Positions 12,379-25,352 of a stretch of 64,000 bases of DNA are shown here, in pieces; position 1 is the stretch's first letter, and each line of letters opens with the position of its first letter. A program made the translations under genes and the position numbers. The notes below the pieces were generated by a model. That model ran no database searches. It was not told where the DNA came from and saw only the letters and a program-made list of their open reading frames with translations. This DNA is from Fistulifera solaris. Its lineage: Eukaryota. The stretch lies in the NCBI GenBank assembly GCA_030295235.1, contig AP026130.1:744001-808000 (forward strand), in the 5' to 3' direction.

Positions 12379-12964
12379 CGCAACAAAACAAATACGGAGT
12401 AAGCGTTAAGCCTTACGCCCTTTCGTGCAGTACAACTTACAACGAAGAACCATGGACAGCGGGCAGCGGGCAGCGGATTTGAAAGTAGTTGTGAGTGCCA
12501 AGTGCCAAGAACTGTTTCTATTTCCTGTTTCTCTTCTTGAATCGCGGGAAGCTGGAAGAGCTTTAGAAGAGCTAAAAACACCATCCTTTATCTTTTATCT
12601 TCAACTTCCTATTATAAGAAGATAATGCTGAACTTATTTACTGTAGTCCATTTTTTATTATGAAAATCCGTCACCCTTCACTCAAAACTCAAAACTCAAA
12701 TCGCTGGCTATCGGAGATCGAGATCGAAATTCGACATACACTACAAGTACTTTGTACTTTGCGTGTTGCGTCCGGTGAACGACGACGCATACAGGAAACT
12801 TGCGTCGTCGGTCGTCGTAGTCTAAGTTGCTTACGGAGAAAGGAGAGCAAAAAGGCAAAAAGCAAAGAGAAGGAGAGAGCGAGAAGCAAGAAGCAAGAGG
12901 CAAGAGGCGAGATGCGAGATGCGAGTCCCTAGCTTCTCTTCTCTCTAGCTCTTTACCAGGTACA

Positions 12965-12990
12965 GTAGTAGGTAGTAGGTAGTAGGTAGT
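12965..12990. repeat. Short (GTAGTAG)n microsatellite
   Basis: gtagtaggtagtaggtagtaggtagt. Confidence 0.8.
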
Positions 12991-13480
12991 CCTTTGTAGA
13001 GTTTGTTGGAGTTTGGAGTTTCGTGTTTCGTTGCAAGTTGCAAGGTGGAAGGTGGAAATCGGAAACCAAAGAATCAAAAGAATGAAAGTACTGTAACACA
13101 AACTCACAAACTTCAAAGTTCAAAGCGAGAAAGAGGGCTTCTATGTCAACTAGATAGTCCGTGACTGGCTGGACGCTGGACCAACGAGAGCTCATCGTTC
13201 TTTATTTATCGTTTATTGTTGTATGTGGTATACTGTACACTGTTTTTCTTAATCAGGGCCACTACGTCTTACGTAGGAACGTTACTCAGAATGATGTGAT
13301 TCCGACATCCGAATTCATTCGGCCGAGTTTGGTTTTATTGCATACAGTTGGAGAAAACTGCACACTGAGGACTATCTGGTAACGTGTACCCAATCTCCCT
13401 TTTCGTTTTCTGCTGACAAAATTTTTATGAAGCACCATAGCACCACGCAAAACATACATCTCTCGTCCGCATCGTCCACC

Positions 13481-14694
13481 ATGAAAGAGAAATGTGTTTC
13501 CATTGCGAAAATGGCCATCATCGACGACAATGAAATCAGTGAGATTGCGGGTACTCGCCTAGCCATCATGCATGACGACTCATCGTCAGGGGCTTCGAAT
13601 GCCACGGGAAGGGCTTGCGACAAAATGACACCTGTACCTCATTCTTCCGTTTCATTGCAAACAGACTCAAGTCAAGAAATGAAAAATGCGTCAAACAAGC
13701 ATACCGAGAAGAAAGAGAAGACGAAGAAGAAATTCAAAAGGAAGAGGGTCGGCCGAAGCGACCTCTCAGTGCATACAACGTCTTTTTCCAATACGCTCGA
13801 GTCAAGCTTTTGAACGGAGAAGACTGCACTGAAGTACGACAAGAAGAGCTTGAGGCCATGTGGTTAACGACCAAGCCATCCTCCGTTGGAAAGCGATCCC
13901 ATCGTAAATCGCACGGCAAGATAAGCTTTCGTGAAATGGCAACAATGGTGGCAAGTAAATGGAATTCACTGGATGAGAAAACTCGATCGGTGTTGAAGCT
14001 GCGGGCGAAAATCGATCGAGATCGGTACAATGTTGAAATGGAAATTTGGAAACAAAAGGGCGCGGGTCCTACGGATGTGTACCAAGGACTTGCGATCGTA
14101 ACGCCTGAGAGCCGCAAGCAGCTCATTGAAAGAGAGATCGCTTTTTATCATGCCACAACATCAAGCCAAGGTTTACTACCAGCCCTCATTGATCACACGA
14201 TGTATCCACAGCAACATGGAGCGCCCTTGCACACCATGCCAGTCCCCTCCTTTTCTACGCCAGTCATGTACCAACCGCAAAGCCATTACTCGGCTTCTCA
14301 TTTGCATCCAGTTCGCAAAGAGAATGTTAGCGCTTTCCACGTGCCTCAAGTAAACAGATCGGAGACGTCTCCGATGCCTCTGACGACGAGTTATTCCACT
14401 GTATTGACACCTGTTGTCCAGACAGGTCCTCCGGCGGGATGCTACTATCAAAGTTCTCCGTTCACTGTCGTGCAGCCAACTGTGCCAAACCACTGCATTG
14501 CAGCACCGCCACTTCCTTTTGGAACTGCCATGATGGAACGGCCATTGACTCACAGCATAACACCAAACGGGATCGTTGGTTCGAAAGACACTTTGAGCAG
14601 CAGCAACAAAACTGGCGTCGACCACAATATCTACAGCGAAGAGATTGGCGCGCTATCGGATGACGAAGACGACTTGTTTGAATCGTTCGAATGA
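13481..14694 (+). CDS. HMG-box transcription factor (frameshift in the A-run at ~13737)
   Basis: RPKRPLSAYNVFFQYAR...HRKSHGKISFREMATMVASKWNSLD...DRDRYNVEMEIWK is an HMG box with an internal insertion, followed by a P/S/T-rich tail. Confidence 0.88.
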
Positions 14695-14973
14695 GAGTAC
14701 GTAATATCTTGCCCTATTCAGCACATGCTGAGTAGTGCTCAATAGTCGGCCACAATATTTTTTGTAGATGAAAATTTGAACAAGATCATGAGAAATTTAT
14801 TTAACGAAACCATTTGATATTATTACACGCCTTCAACATAGATACAATCAACCGCTTTCTCCGAGTACCTTCATACCATGAGTTTCTCTTTATTTTTCCC
14901 AATAATGAATATTAGCATAATCACTTTTGTTGCCGTCCACGCTGTGACGATCGAGAATATCGATTGGACATGT

Positions 14974-16365
14974 TTAAAGAGCCGACAACATGTCCTCAAT
15001 CTTCTTGCCCTTGTTATCAACGACTTCGAACGACAGAGGAAGAAAGTAGTCGGACATGCCCGGGGAGTGTTGATCTGGACACCTCCCAAAACAGCAATCT
15101 TGCCATCCTTGACATTGCCGCATCCAGCCTTGACAATCTTGTCAACAAACTCTTTCTGAGCATCGTAGATTGCGTATGGAAGTTCGACCATCTTTTCGGG
15201 GGGCCTTGTCAAGACGGGCAGCCTGAGGAAGAAGCATGCTGCCAACGAACGACTGGCCAGCATCGAGGGGTTCCGTGGGAGGAGCCGCCTTTTCTGTGCT
15301 TCCAGAAAGAACTCCGGCAACGTATCCCGAAGCCGCAACCGCAGAACCACAGCAAGCACCTCCGTTGGCTCGGCCGACACGCTCTACCGTTCCGACGTTT
15401 CCTTTCGAGTCCACACCGACGTGAGGGGCGAACACAACAACGCAGTTTCCTCCATCCGGAATGTGCGACGCCATGGCACCGAAACCAGTGACACCCGCCA
15501 TCTATAGTATAGAGAGTAATTGAAGCGAGTAAGTAAAAATTCGAGCAGATGGTGAGGATCTCGTGGACGACACACTAGCAATCAGACAGCGCAGTATCAA
15601 ATGAAACTCACCGGAAAACCAGCCAGGCCTCCCATGTTAAAGGTAGGACCGAAAACTTCCGCAAAATCCTTTTCGTTGACACGGCTGAGCTCGTCTACGC
15701 AGAACGACGTAGCGATAAGAGTGTTGGAGGTGGTGAATCCGTGCTTCTTGAGCGAGCTCGCAACGGAGTTGACCAAATCCTTACTCTTCATGGCACCATT
15801 GAAGACACGGTCGATCTTCTTGGTAGTCTCGTTTTCCTTCTCGCCAGTGAGCTTGGTGGCAATGAGACCGATGCCGAAGGCACCGGCAGCAATACCCCGA
15901 TCTTCTTGATGTCCAAACTAGTTTGGACAACTTCCTGGTGGCCTTGGCAGCCTTGGCGGCATTTGCGGCTTCCGGGATACCAGCTGTGGCAGAGCGATGG
16001 TTCCGAAGGCGCCGGCAACTTTTCCCGCCGACTGTCGCAACGAATCAAACAGAGATGAGAATCCATTGGCATTCTGGGTTCTACACAAAGCGACACAACG
16101 AATATCAATCATTCATACCTTCAAGACCTGCTTCATCTTGGCACGGCGTTCGCCGTTGGCCATGTCGAGCGAGACATCAGCGCGTCTAAAGGAAAATGAA
16201 CTGACATGTGAGAAAGGCATTCAGTGAACTACGATCAAACTCGCGACAATGAGAAAGTAGTCTCTATAATTCGAGAAAAAGAACTTACCCGACAGCATGT
16301 TGCGTGGGAACGAAAGCAGAGGAAGTAGCGGTGAGACCGAGAAGAAGAACAGCAGAGAGCTTCAT
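14974..16365 (-). CDS. Theta-carbonic anhydrase (LCIB/LCIC family), plastid and probably thylakoid targeted
   Basis: Motifs FCVDE, GGLAGFP.AGVTGFGAMASHIPD, PHVG, ACCGSA and GGVQINT. Leader MKLSAVLLLGLTATSSA|FVP. Three introns (~16186-16288, ~16032-16118, 15502-15611) and several 1-bp frameshifts. Confidence 0.88.
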
Positions 16366-16567
16366 GGTTGTTTGTTTGCTATGATACAAAGTGGTGAGAA
16401 ACAAACAAAATGCTTTTTCACTTGTTGCAATGCAAAAGGTACGCGAAGTTGCGTGTCGTCGGATAACATTCGTCGTGGGCCAGCTATCTTTGTCGTCAGT
16501 ATTGCTATGAAAGTACTTTACCGGTCCTTGCTGTCCGCTTTGAAATGCAACGTTGTCGGAGTGGAGG

Positions 16568-16666
16568 ACGTCATCTGTATCAAATACTTAGTAGGGGGGA
16601 GTGAGCCGGTTTTGGACCTCGTAGCCGCTCGTGGCGAAGACTACATATTGAATTTCACATACGTCA
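16568..16666 (-). promoter_or_regulatory. Two TGACGT motifs (candidate CO2/cAMP-responsive, bZIP-bound elements) upstream of theta-CA
   Basis: ACGTCA at 16568-16573 and 16661-16666, about 200 and 300 bp upstream of the ATG. TGACGT is the CCRE core known from diatom CA promoters. Confidence 0.4.
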
Positions 16667-17104
16667 GTCTATCTGGTCATTCTGTCCCAAAATTTCAAGT
16701 CAATCGTTCTTTTCGGGCACGCGGCACCCAACGGACAGGCTTAAAAAGAAGCCTCTAACCTTAATTGCTTTGAACATTCTTGACATCCACTCCTTCTTCC
16801 AACTATTAAGTTCTTTATCTTTTAATGGATAGACTAGACTAATCTAAAGCATATCCAATACTTGCCTATCAAAAGATCGAATTCATTCGCGAAATTGCTG
16901 TCCTTCGTTGTAGATTTAAACGACTGGCTGAACCATCCACGACTGCATTCAGTCACAGAACTAAAGTTTCGATCTGACTCCGAACGTTAATATGGTAAAC
17001 TTTTTCAGATCGCTATCACAATGCATCTAAGCATCAGAAAAATCATTGATGCAAATCTTGGTGTTTCTTGTCGAAAATTCGTGTGAAACTACGTGGTTCT
17101 GAAT

Positions 17105-17164
17105 CACTATAGTGCAAAGTGTTAGTTTGCGCTAGAGTAGCACGACTGAATAATATGAGTCATG
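17105..17164 (-). repeat. Dispersed bipartite palindromic element, degenerate 60-bp copy
   Basis: Reverse complement: CATGACTCATATTATTCAGTCGTG...CAAACTAACACTTTGCACTATAGTG. Confidence 0.65.
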
Positions 17165-17539
17165 AAGACATCGCTTTGCCGAGCTAGACTGCCCACAATC
17201 TATGATCTATCACTTGTTTTTAAGTTTAAAGTATAATTTTAATCCGAGCTTCCTGTTTTAGTTGATTGCGAGCCATATTATTTCTTCCATGATGCACGAT
17301 GCGTGCCTTTTTTTAGAGATAGGCAATAAAGAATACTCCGGGGTAAGATTGGATTTCCCTATCGTGAAAGCCGCGCGAAGAATACGCCCGCATCACGCTT
17401 CGTTCTGTTTGCTCCTCACACCCGCGACCGCGAAAAATTCTTCCATCCGCTTTTTCACCTCCTTCACGAGGCGGATGAAATAGACTTTATATTCTCGATA
17501 AAATAACACTTTAGATTATATATTTTTGAATTACGCAAT

Positions 17540-18479
17540 ATGCAAGAACCTTTAATTGGAGTTTTAGCCTTGCAAGGCGCTTTCGAAGAACATCAAAAGT
17601 GCTTGGAAGCTGTAGGCTGTCGAACACGTCAGGTGAGTTCCTTCAATTGATTGCCCCACAAAATGAACTCAATGAACCAAACTGATTAGTATCTATCGAT
17701 TGCTCTAGGTGCGCGTACCGGAGGATTTGACGGACTTGGATGGTATTGTATTACCAGGGGGCGAGTCGACGGCGATGGGACTGATCGGCACAGCCACCAA
17801 GACGAGTGAGGGAGAAACCATGTGGGAGTGCCTACAGAAATTTTCCAAAAACAAACCGACGTGGGGAACATGTGCAGGAATGATTTTGTTGGCCGAAAAG
17901 TGCATCGGTACTTCGGCGGTCATTGAAGATGGGCAGTCGTTAATCGGCGGTGTCGATATTTGTGTGTGTCGTAATTATTTCGGATCGCAGATATCATCCT
18001 TTGAAATGGCCACACCTCCTCCACCTGGGATTAGTGGTAATCACGATTATCCTGGAGTGTTTATTCGCGCTCCAGCAATTTTGTCGGCTGGTCCTTCGGT
18101 CGAAGTACTGGGCACTGTTTCTGCAACTCCCTGTAGACACGCGGCTGTTACGCTTCAAGAGCTTGAGAAAAAGATTATGGCGGGGGAGAACGTGGTTAAA
18201 ATGAGCGTCGTGGATGCGTTGGAACGAAAGTCGTCACAAGAAGTGGATTATATTGTAGTGGTGAAGTCGCCTGCTGAAAATGCGGAAGAAAAGAAAGACT
18301 CGGATGAGACAAAACCTAGCATTGTTCTACCGGGCGCCGCTGACGGAACCAATGCCCGCGAAGTCATTTGCGCAGCTCGAAAAGGGCATTTGTTATGTAC
18401 TGCCTTTCATCCTGAGCTTACGGAAGATAACCGATGGCATGAGTATTTCGCGCAGATGGTCAAGCAAACCAAGCTGTAA
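17540..18479 (+). CDS. PDX2: Pyridoxal 5'-phosphate synthase glutaminase subunit (PDX2/SNO)
   Basis: IGVLALQGAFEEH, LPGGESTAM, WGTCAGMILLA, RNYFGSQ, VFIRAP and AFHPEL. Intron 17633-17708. Confidence 0.95.
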
Positions 18480-18603
18480 GCTGGCAACGTTACAATAAAA
18501 TGCTTTGTTAATTACGCTTGGTACACAATGAAAATGTAAGCGAAGTCGACACGTCTAAAGCTTTGTTTTACTTTCTCAAATGTTAATTCTATGGTAGAAA
18601 ATC

Positions 18604-21600
18604 TTAAAATCGTCGATTTAGCCGCTGTTCAGCATCGTACCGACGTCTCGAAGCGCTATCACCTAACACCTCATAGGCCAATTTGACGCGCCGAAATTGT
18701 TCGACGGCGCCTTCTTCGCTGTTCTTGTCAGGATGGTATTTCAGCGCGAGCTTACGGAATGCTTTCTTGATCTCATCGTCACTTGCATTGACATTGACAT
18801 TCAACACTTGATAATGGGAAGGTGAGGGAGGAGGTCGAGAACTCGTACCTGATGAGTTGAATTGATTGCGACCATTTTGGTGTCGATTTTGGTCTCGAGG
18901 TGTCCCTTGTTGTTGCCAAGGTTTCCCTTTATTCGGTCCTGCACGAGGTCCCTTAGAGTTGAAACTATCCCATCGGCGAGAGTTGTCGTTCTGATACCAT
19001 TCGTCTCGTCGTTGTTGAGCACTAGAGCCCGAGTGCTGCCAATGTCTTGCCCCTCCGTTAGCTGGGAACGTATCCTGCCACCGAGAACGATCGCGTCGAC
19101 GCTCTGCATCCTCTCTCGCTGCAGCATCTGCTTGTCTTTTCGCTTTGTAAACGTCGTCCAATTCCTTTTGAACTTGAGTGAAATCAGTTTCGGTCACGTC
19201 TTGAGGCCCATCAAAAAGGCAGGGGGTAACAAAATCAGTCGATGAAATTGGTTTCCCTCGCACCTCATTTACCATGTCCACATAGCGTTTATATTCGGAA
19301 ATGGCTTCTTGGTAGCGCTGTAAGCGCATATAACAACGTGCGCGCCTCAACATGGCTTTCATGTATCGTGTGTGAATCTTTAAAGCTTTGGTACAGTCCT
19401 CAATGGCTTCGGAAAAACGATTGAGTGCCATGAGACATGCTGCGCGATTGCAGTGCAACACGGCGTGTAAGCGGCCTCCAGCGTCGTCATCAGAAGGACC
19501 ATTGTGCAGCCCCCCTTGGTAAGTCTTCCTTGTCAATAAGCAAACACGAAGCGTACTGAATGGCAGCCGCTTCAAAATCACCTGCGCGAAATAATTCGTC
19601 ACCTCTCTCTCTAAAAGCTCTTGTACGACCTAACTTACTCCGCTCAGAAATCAGCAATGATTGCAAGCTCTGAAGAACAGATGGATTACGGGAGCAGACT
19701 CTATGTTTTATCGAATCGTCCATAGAACGTAAGGCACAGTCGGCCGATGGGTATCTTTCTTCTAACCGCAATGCACGCAGGTAATAGGGAAGTACCGAAG
19801 AAGGCATTCGAAGAACAGCTTCGGCAACAGCTTTGGAACTCAGCTTTAAGTCTGCTGTCAGTGCATCCTCCTCTCTGCTCTCTCCAAAGAAACCGGGCAA
19901 AAGAACGTTGATTGGAGGTATACCAGGGAATGGATTTTGTGGTAGAAGATTATCTTCATAGATGCATTCCAGTTTTGCATTGGTCGCAGCAAGCCTCTCG
20001 CAAAAACCAGCAATCTCTCGCCAGCGTTTCAAATAAGCAAGAAGATTCACTTTGCTTCCCATGAGCTTTTCGGAAGCGGTCGCGTAAGAAAGAGCGATAT
20101 TGACATGGCCGAGAGTCTCAATCACAAGATTTTTGTCGGAACTGCGCGTCATCGTTGTTCTACTAATACAGGCGGAAATTTTGTCGCAAAGATGGTCAAG
20201 TCGTTTGGCTTCAGTTTGGCCAAGGGCGGCTTCGGTTGACATCTGCTTCAACAAAGTAAGGTTCTGGGCGCGTGAGCTACTCGTATGGTGCTTTTCGCTG
20301 AAACGCGATGCCTCCTCTGACGTATTGATTGCATCTTGAAAAGCGTCTAGGGATAGCGAGCATTCGCCCTGCTTTAACAAAGCTCTAGCACGCCGGGTGT
20401 GAACTTTGATTTTGAGAAGTAATCCACTATCACTAGAAAAAGGGACATGTGGTACTGGTGGTGAAATACTCATCAATGCTATATCGCAATCGTTCACGGC
20501 GGCGTGGGCTGCTCCAACCATGAGTAAACCAGCGGCTCGATTGGATAAAAGAATAGCGAGAATGTCTTTTGGTAACACAAAGGAAGCTTCTTGGTAAAGC
20601 TTGACGGCTTCAGTGTACAGTCGAATGGAACCGAAATAGTCTCCGGACATGTAAGCCGACTTTCCCAATTCGCGTTTGACTCCTATAAGAGACATGTAGT
20701 GCGACGACTTTGTTGGCACCTCCGGAGGAGTCTGCTTATCCGCTGAGCCAAATCCTGCCGGGCCATCCTCGACTGACGACGTAGAATCTCGCGAAGAGTT
20801 AAGCGAGGAATCTCTGGTATCATCCGTTAAATTATTGGCGCGCGAAGCTCTCGCGGATGAGCGACGAGACACCGCTGTACGAAACTGACCACGCTTCTTT
20901 CCACTTTCAGAGCCTAACGTAAACATAATAGGTTGTGAGTCTGTAGGCTTTGCGGAAAATGGTGTCTGTTGCATCGAAACGTCGGACGGCGACGGTTGCT
21001 GCGGAATCCCATTCAAGTTCTGGGGGCTATCAACATCCATTGGAGAGAGAAATGGCGAACGAGCCTGCGCAGCCGCCGACGCAAATGTATTGTTAGCAGC
21101 AGGAGTAGCAACCGTCGGAGGGTTCGCCTGAAACACTGGCGTATCTTGTGTACCAGTTGGCATGGAAAATGTTTCGGACAAGCCAAAGGTAAACGGCTTT
21201 TGTTGCCGGCGGCTGGGCTTATGCACGCGTTTTCGGTTGCGTGTGCTGTTTAGATTCAGATGAAAATCAACTTGAGGTAAAGCAGACGACTCCGATGGCA
21301 ATGCTGTCTCCGAATTGAGATTAAAGATCGGAGCAGCTTGAAAGGCATTACGCTGTTCGGATGTAGCTGTCCCGAAAGTAAAAGCATGACTTCCATTTGC
21401 AGATGCCCCAAAAGGATTCACAAATTCAGAAACATTCGATTCCGGACTGTACTTCCGTCGATGTTTACCCGCTCCCGTTTTGAAGGTCGTTTCTGGCTTA
21501 TCAGTGTCTGAGGCGTTGGTTGTCGTGTGATTGGCTGGTCCTGGCGTTTTAAGGTCAGTTTCGCGCACATTTGGGGAAAAGGAACCAAAAACTGGGAGCG

Positions 21601-22852
21601 GCATGTTCGGCGGATCCGGCTGAGGTCTTAAATCAGGTTTCCACTGATTAGGTTCAAAACTTGTCGCGCTTGCACCGGGGCTTGGATCGGAATCTGGACG
21701 AGTGTGAATGGGAGATTCTGAAAGGTTGCCAGCTGGTGTGGGAGGCCGCATGGTTGTGCCGTCATCCATAATATTTGTCGCGTCGTTTGTCAATGGTTGA
21801 TACATTGCCTCTTCATTCTCTGTTCTCCTTCCGACTGGCGTCATGCTGCGAGAGCGTGAACCAAAATTTCGAGTTTCATTTCTTAGTGTAACGTGCGGTG
21901 ACCGCGCAGGTGACGCCGCCCGAAATTCACATGGACTTGAATCTTCTTGCAATCCAGGTCTAGGAGAAGAAGCCCGAGATGGAGGTCTGGGAGAAGATGC
22001 ACGAGACGGAGGTCTAGGAGAAGAAGCACGAGACGAAAATCTGGGAGAAGAAGCCCGAGATGGAGGTCGAAACGATGTATCGATCCCATCGTCGCTGTTC
22101 GGTCTTAAATGTGTTCGAGTCCCACTATCACTCACTGAAATCTTTTCACGTAGATGTGTAGACTCCGGCAGCTGGCTATGCTGCGAAACGTACGGTGACC
22201 GACAAGCAGCTCGCAATTCACGTGAGTCGTCCAAGTCTTGCAGTCCAGGCCTTGGTGAAAAGGTGCGCGATGGTGCCTGTCTTGTTATTTTGGGGCTTTG
22301 CTCACCGGACAGGGGATCGACGATGGTAGGCGATCGACGGCCAAGATTGATTGAGATCGGTTCTTCCCCTACATTTTTGTTTCCGTTAGGACTGCTGGTA
22401 CTGAATGGCGAGAAATTGCGCTGTTTACCGAAACTATTTGCTGGGAATTTCGATTGGAGATTCTCTGTACTTCCATCGCTGCTATTATTTGTGGAGGCCT
22501 TGAATGGCGATCTACCGGCCCCATTTGTCATGTTAAAAGCACCGTTCGTATTACTGGGCTCTCGTGCTGTCAGAGGAAAAACTGGAGAAGCGGATAAGTT
22601 GTCAATGGATCCTCGAACATCGCGAATCGGAGTCTGCGCTTTTGTCTCTGCCTCATGACTCCCAGAGCGAGTCTGCTCAAGATGTAACTGCTGAAACTGC
22701 ATTGCTAGCTGCTTATAAGCAGATTTGTTCATGTCCACACCGAGTTTTTCCCGTAGCGCCTCCGCAAGCAGGTCGATCCGTTCATCATCGGTTGGATGGT
22801 TCGTCAAGCGGATGGATTCCATGAGGGAGCACAAGTCGTTTCCTTCCGCCAT
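18604..22852 (-). CDS. TPR + C-terminal J-domain co-chaperone (DNAJC7-like) with a long disordered N-terminus
   Basis: TPR motifs ([30 protein letters not shown]) and J domain HYQVL...[16 protein letters not shown]...AYEVLGD. Frameshift near 19510-19530. Confidence 0.9.
21956..22075 (-). repeat. In-frame 27-bp coding tandem repeat encoding [13 protein letters not shown] units, ~4 copies
   Basis: Protein [43 protein letters not shown] unit ggagaaga(a/t)gc(c/a)cgaga. Confidence 0.85.
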
Positions 22853-23318
22853 TTTCTCGCCAGCTTGCTCTATCCTCTATACCAACTGACTGAACGTAGC
22901 GATTCTTTCAAAATGAGATGTAGAAGACGCCACTTTCAGTGGCAAGTGTTACTCTATGATGCTGTCTCTCGCGACCTTTTGACTTCGACGAGCTGTTGAG
23001 GAAAATGCAAGGCGACCATTTTTGGAGCTGCGCTCTCGCGTCTGTTGTCGGCAGTACGAATTCCTATGTAAGAAAAGCGGGGCAAAAGGAGTGGTACTCA
23101 TTGGTCAGATATAAAAACTGTTCCACGCAATTCTGCTTAAAACTAGCACGTCTTCTCAGTATAAATAGGGCGATCAAAGCCGTTGACATTCTAACAGCTA
23201 ATAAGATGTTTTTTACCTGTGCTTTCTCGTTTCCCTCACCCTTGCGCGAAAAAATGATGGCGGCACGCAACCTCCTTCGACTGCCACCTTCCACGACACT
23301 TTTCATTAATGAATAGTA

Positions 23319-24864
23319 ATGATGTCCCAGACCGTCGCTCGAATAGGACAAAAACAAATTTTCCGTCGACGTCTACTACCAGCTCTTCCCGCTTCAATCG
23401 ATAATAGCTTCAAAGCATCGGCGTTTCCACAACGGTTCTCGTTCCCCTCTCATTATCAGCAACAAAGAATGGTGCAAGGAGTAGCAATCACAAACAATTG
23501 CATAGTAAATACGAACCCAGCCAACGGGGAAATCATCAGCCGGGTACCATGCACCACGAAAGAAGAATTGGAAAGATTATTATCGGCGTCTTGTAGTGCA
23601 CAGCCGCAATGGGCCGCCACTTCCTTGACCGATCGTATTCGATTCCTCCGCAAAGGACTCGAGGCCATTGCCGCCAAGAAAGAGGCATTCATCGACATGA
23701 TCGTTCAGGAAATGGGAAAACCATTTACAGAAGCGCGAGCGGAAGTGGAAGGATCCGTGAGCCGTGACGAATATTTTCGAGTGCTACAAGATGCTCTGGA
23801 ACCCAAGAAACGAGGCAAAAATTGTCAAGTGGTTCGACAACCTTTAGGAGTTGTCGCTATTTTGAGTCCCTGGAACTTTCCTGTTGACGAAATTCTGTTA
23901 CTAGCTTTGCCTGCTCTCGCTTCTGGCAACACCGTTGTAGTGAAGCCGTCCGAAGTTACGCCGGAGACGGGTGCCATGGTTGTGGAAACCTTGTCCTCCG
24001 TTTTACCAGAATACGTCGTGCAGCATGCGCAAGGCGATGGAATTGTTGGGTCGCACATCGTGGCTCATCCTCTGGTTTCCATGGTGGCAATGACGGGGAG
24101 CTCAGCGACCGGGAAGAAAAATACTGCAGTCATGTGCCGCCTCACTTAATATCAAGCGCTTAGTACTGGAGTTGGGAGGTAAAGATCCGATGATCGTATT
24201 TGATGATGCTGATTTGGAGCAAGCTGCCTCGGATGCCGTCACCTATTCATTGAGTAACACAGGACAGGTATGCTGCTCCATAGAGCGCGTGTATGTGGCG
24301 CAGCGTATTTACGAAAATTTTTGCGAGCGCGTTGTTCGACATGCCGAAACTTTCAAGGTAGGAGATGGACGCGATCCAACTGTCAAAGTAGGACCCATGG
24401 TGTCATCTATTCAGCGCGATGTTGTCAAAGAGCATGTCAAGGATGCCATAGAGAAAGGCGCAAAACTGCTGTACGAAAGTCCACCAGTGACGGGAGGTAC
24501 CTTTCATCCGGTGACTGTTCTTTCAGAGGTGACAGATCAAATGAAAGTGTATAGGGAGGAGACGTTCGGTCCCATTGTATCACTGATACCTTTTGATGGC
24601 ACTGAATCGAGTGCGACGAGACTAGCCAACGACAGTCAATACGGATTGGCTAGCTCTGTGTACACGAAAGATCTTGCGAAGGCGGAGCGAGTTGCAAACT
24701 CAATCCACGCAGGTCAAGTTGGAATCAACTGCTATAGCATCGAGAACATGGATGTAGGTTGTCCCTGGGTTGGGCACAAGCAGTCAGGCTACGGATATCA
24801 TTCGGGTCTTGAGGGATTTCAACAATTTTCTGTGCCCAAGTCGATTGTGTTGAAACCGAACTAA
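23319..24864 (+). CDS. NAD(P)-dependent aldehyde dehydrogenase (SSADH/BADH-like), probable mitochondrial leader
   Basis: SPWNFP, VKPSE, MTGSSATG, LELGGKDP (catalytic Glu), GQVCCS (catalytic Cys), EETFGP and YGLASSV. Frameshift in the A-run at ~24117-24121. Confidence 0.92.
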
Positions 24865-24973
24865 TTGGATCGCAGTCTTATGAGGCAATTCATTTGTTGA
24901 TTTCACGGTTTGTGAGTCATGTCTTGTTGGCGACTTCTCGCGTCTAATCCTTCCGGGAGCGATTTTTCATATT

Positions 24974-25026
24974 CACTATAGTTCCAAAGTGTACACTACT
25001 TTTTCCACGACTGCATTTTAGTCATG
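24974..25026 (-). repeat. Dispersed 53-bp bipartite palindromic element (full copy)
   Basis: Reverse complement: CATGACTAAAATGCAGTCGTGGAAAAAGTAGTGTACACTTTGGAACTATAGTG. Confidence 0.85.
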
Positions 25027-25352
25027 AATTTGCATGCGCTCGACTGCTAGGTTATTTAACCTTCGCTCGCTGAGCAAGATTGTTGTATTAAAGTTGTTTT
25101 ACCTTCTGTTTGTGACTTTTATCAAGATTTGCAATGCTACCATCAATTCTTGATGTCGAAGCGGCTCGGAGATCATTAAAATTTGTCAGTACGTGACTTA
25201 ACTCCATCTCAGTCCCGTAACACCATCGTTCCGAGTCTGAGCGTGTGCCTCGAATAAACATTCTGGACGATCGCGAACAACGAACACAAAAGACCATCAC
25301 GTTGCACAAACGCAGAAGAATCAGCATACAATTTGCGATCGATAAGTGTATT

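Noticed and set aside
12074..12584. N-terminal extension of the 590-aa ORF and nearby small ORFs
   Set aside because: They are translations of the tandem repeat. The signal-peptide start at 12073 matches the paralogs.
12660..13140. Lys/Arg-rich and Leu-rich short ORFs
   Set aside because: Low-complexity purine/pyrimidine-skewed intergenic sequence, not credible CDS.
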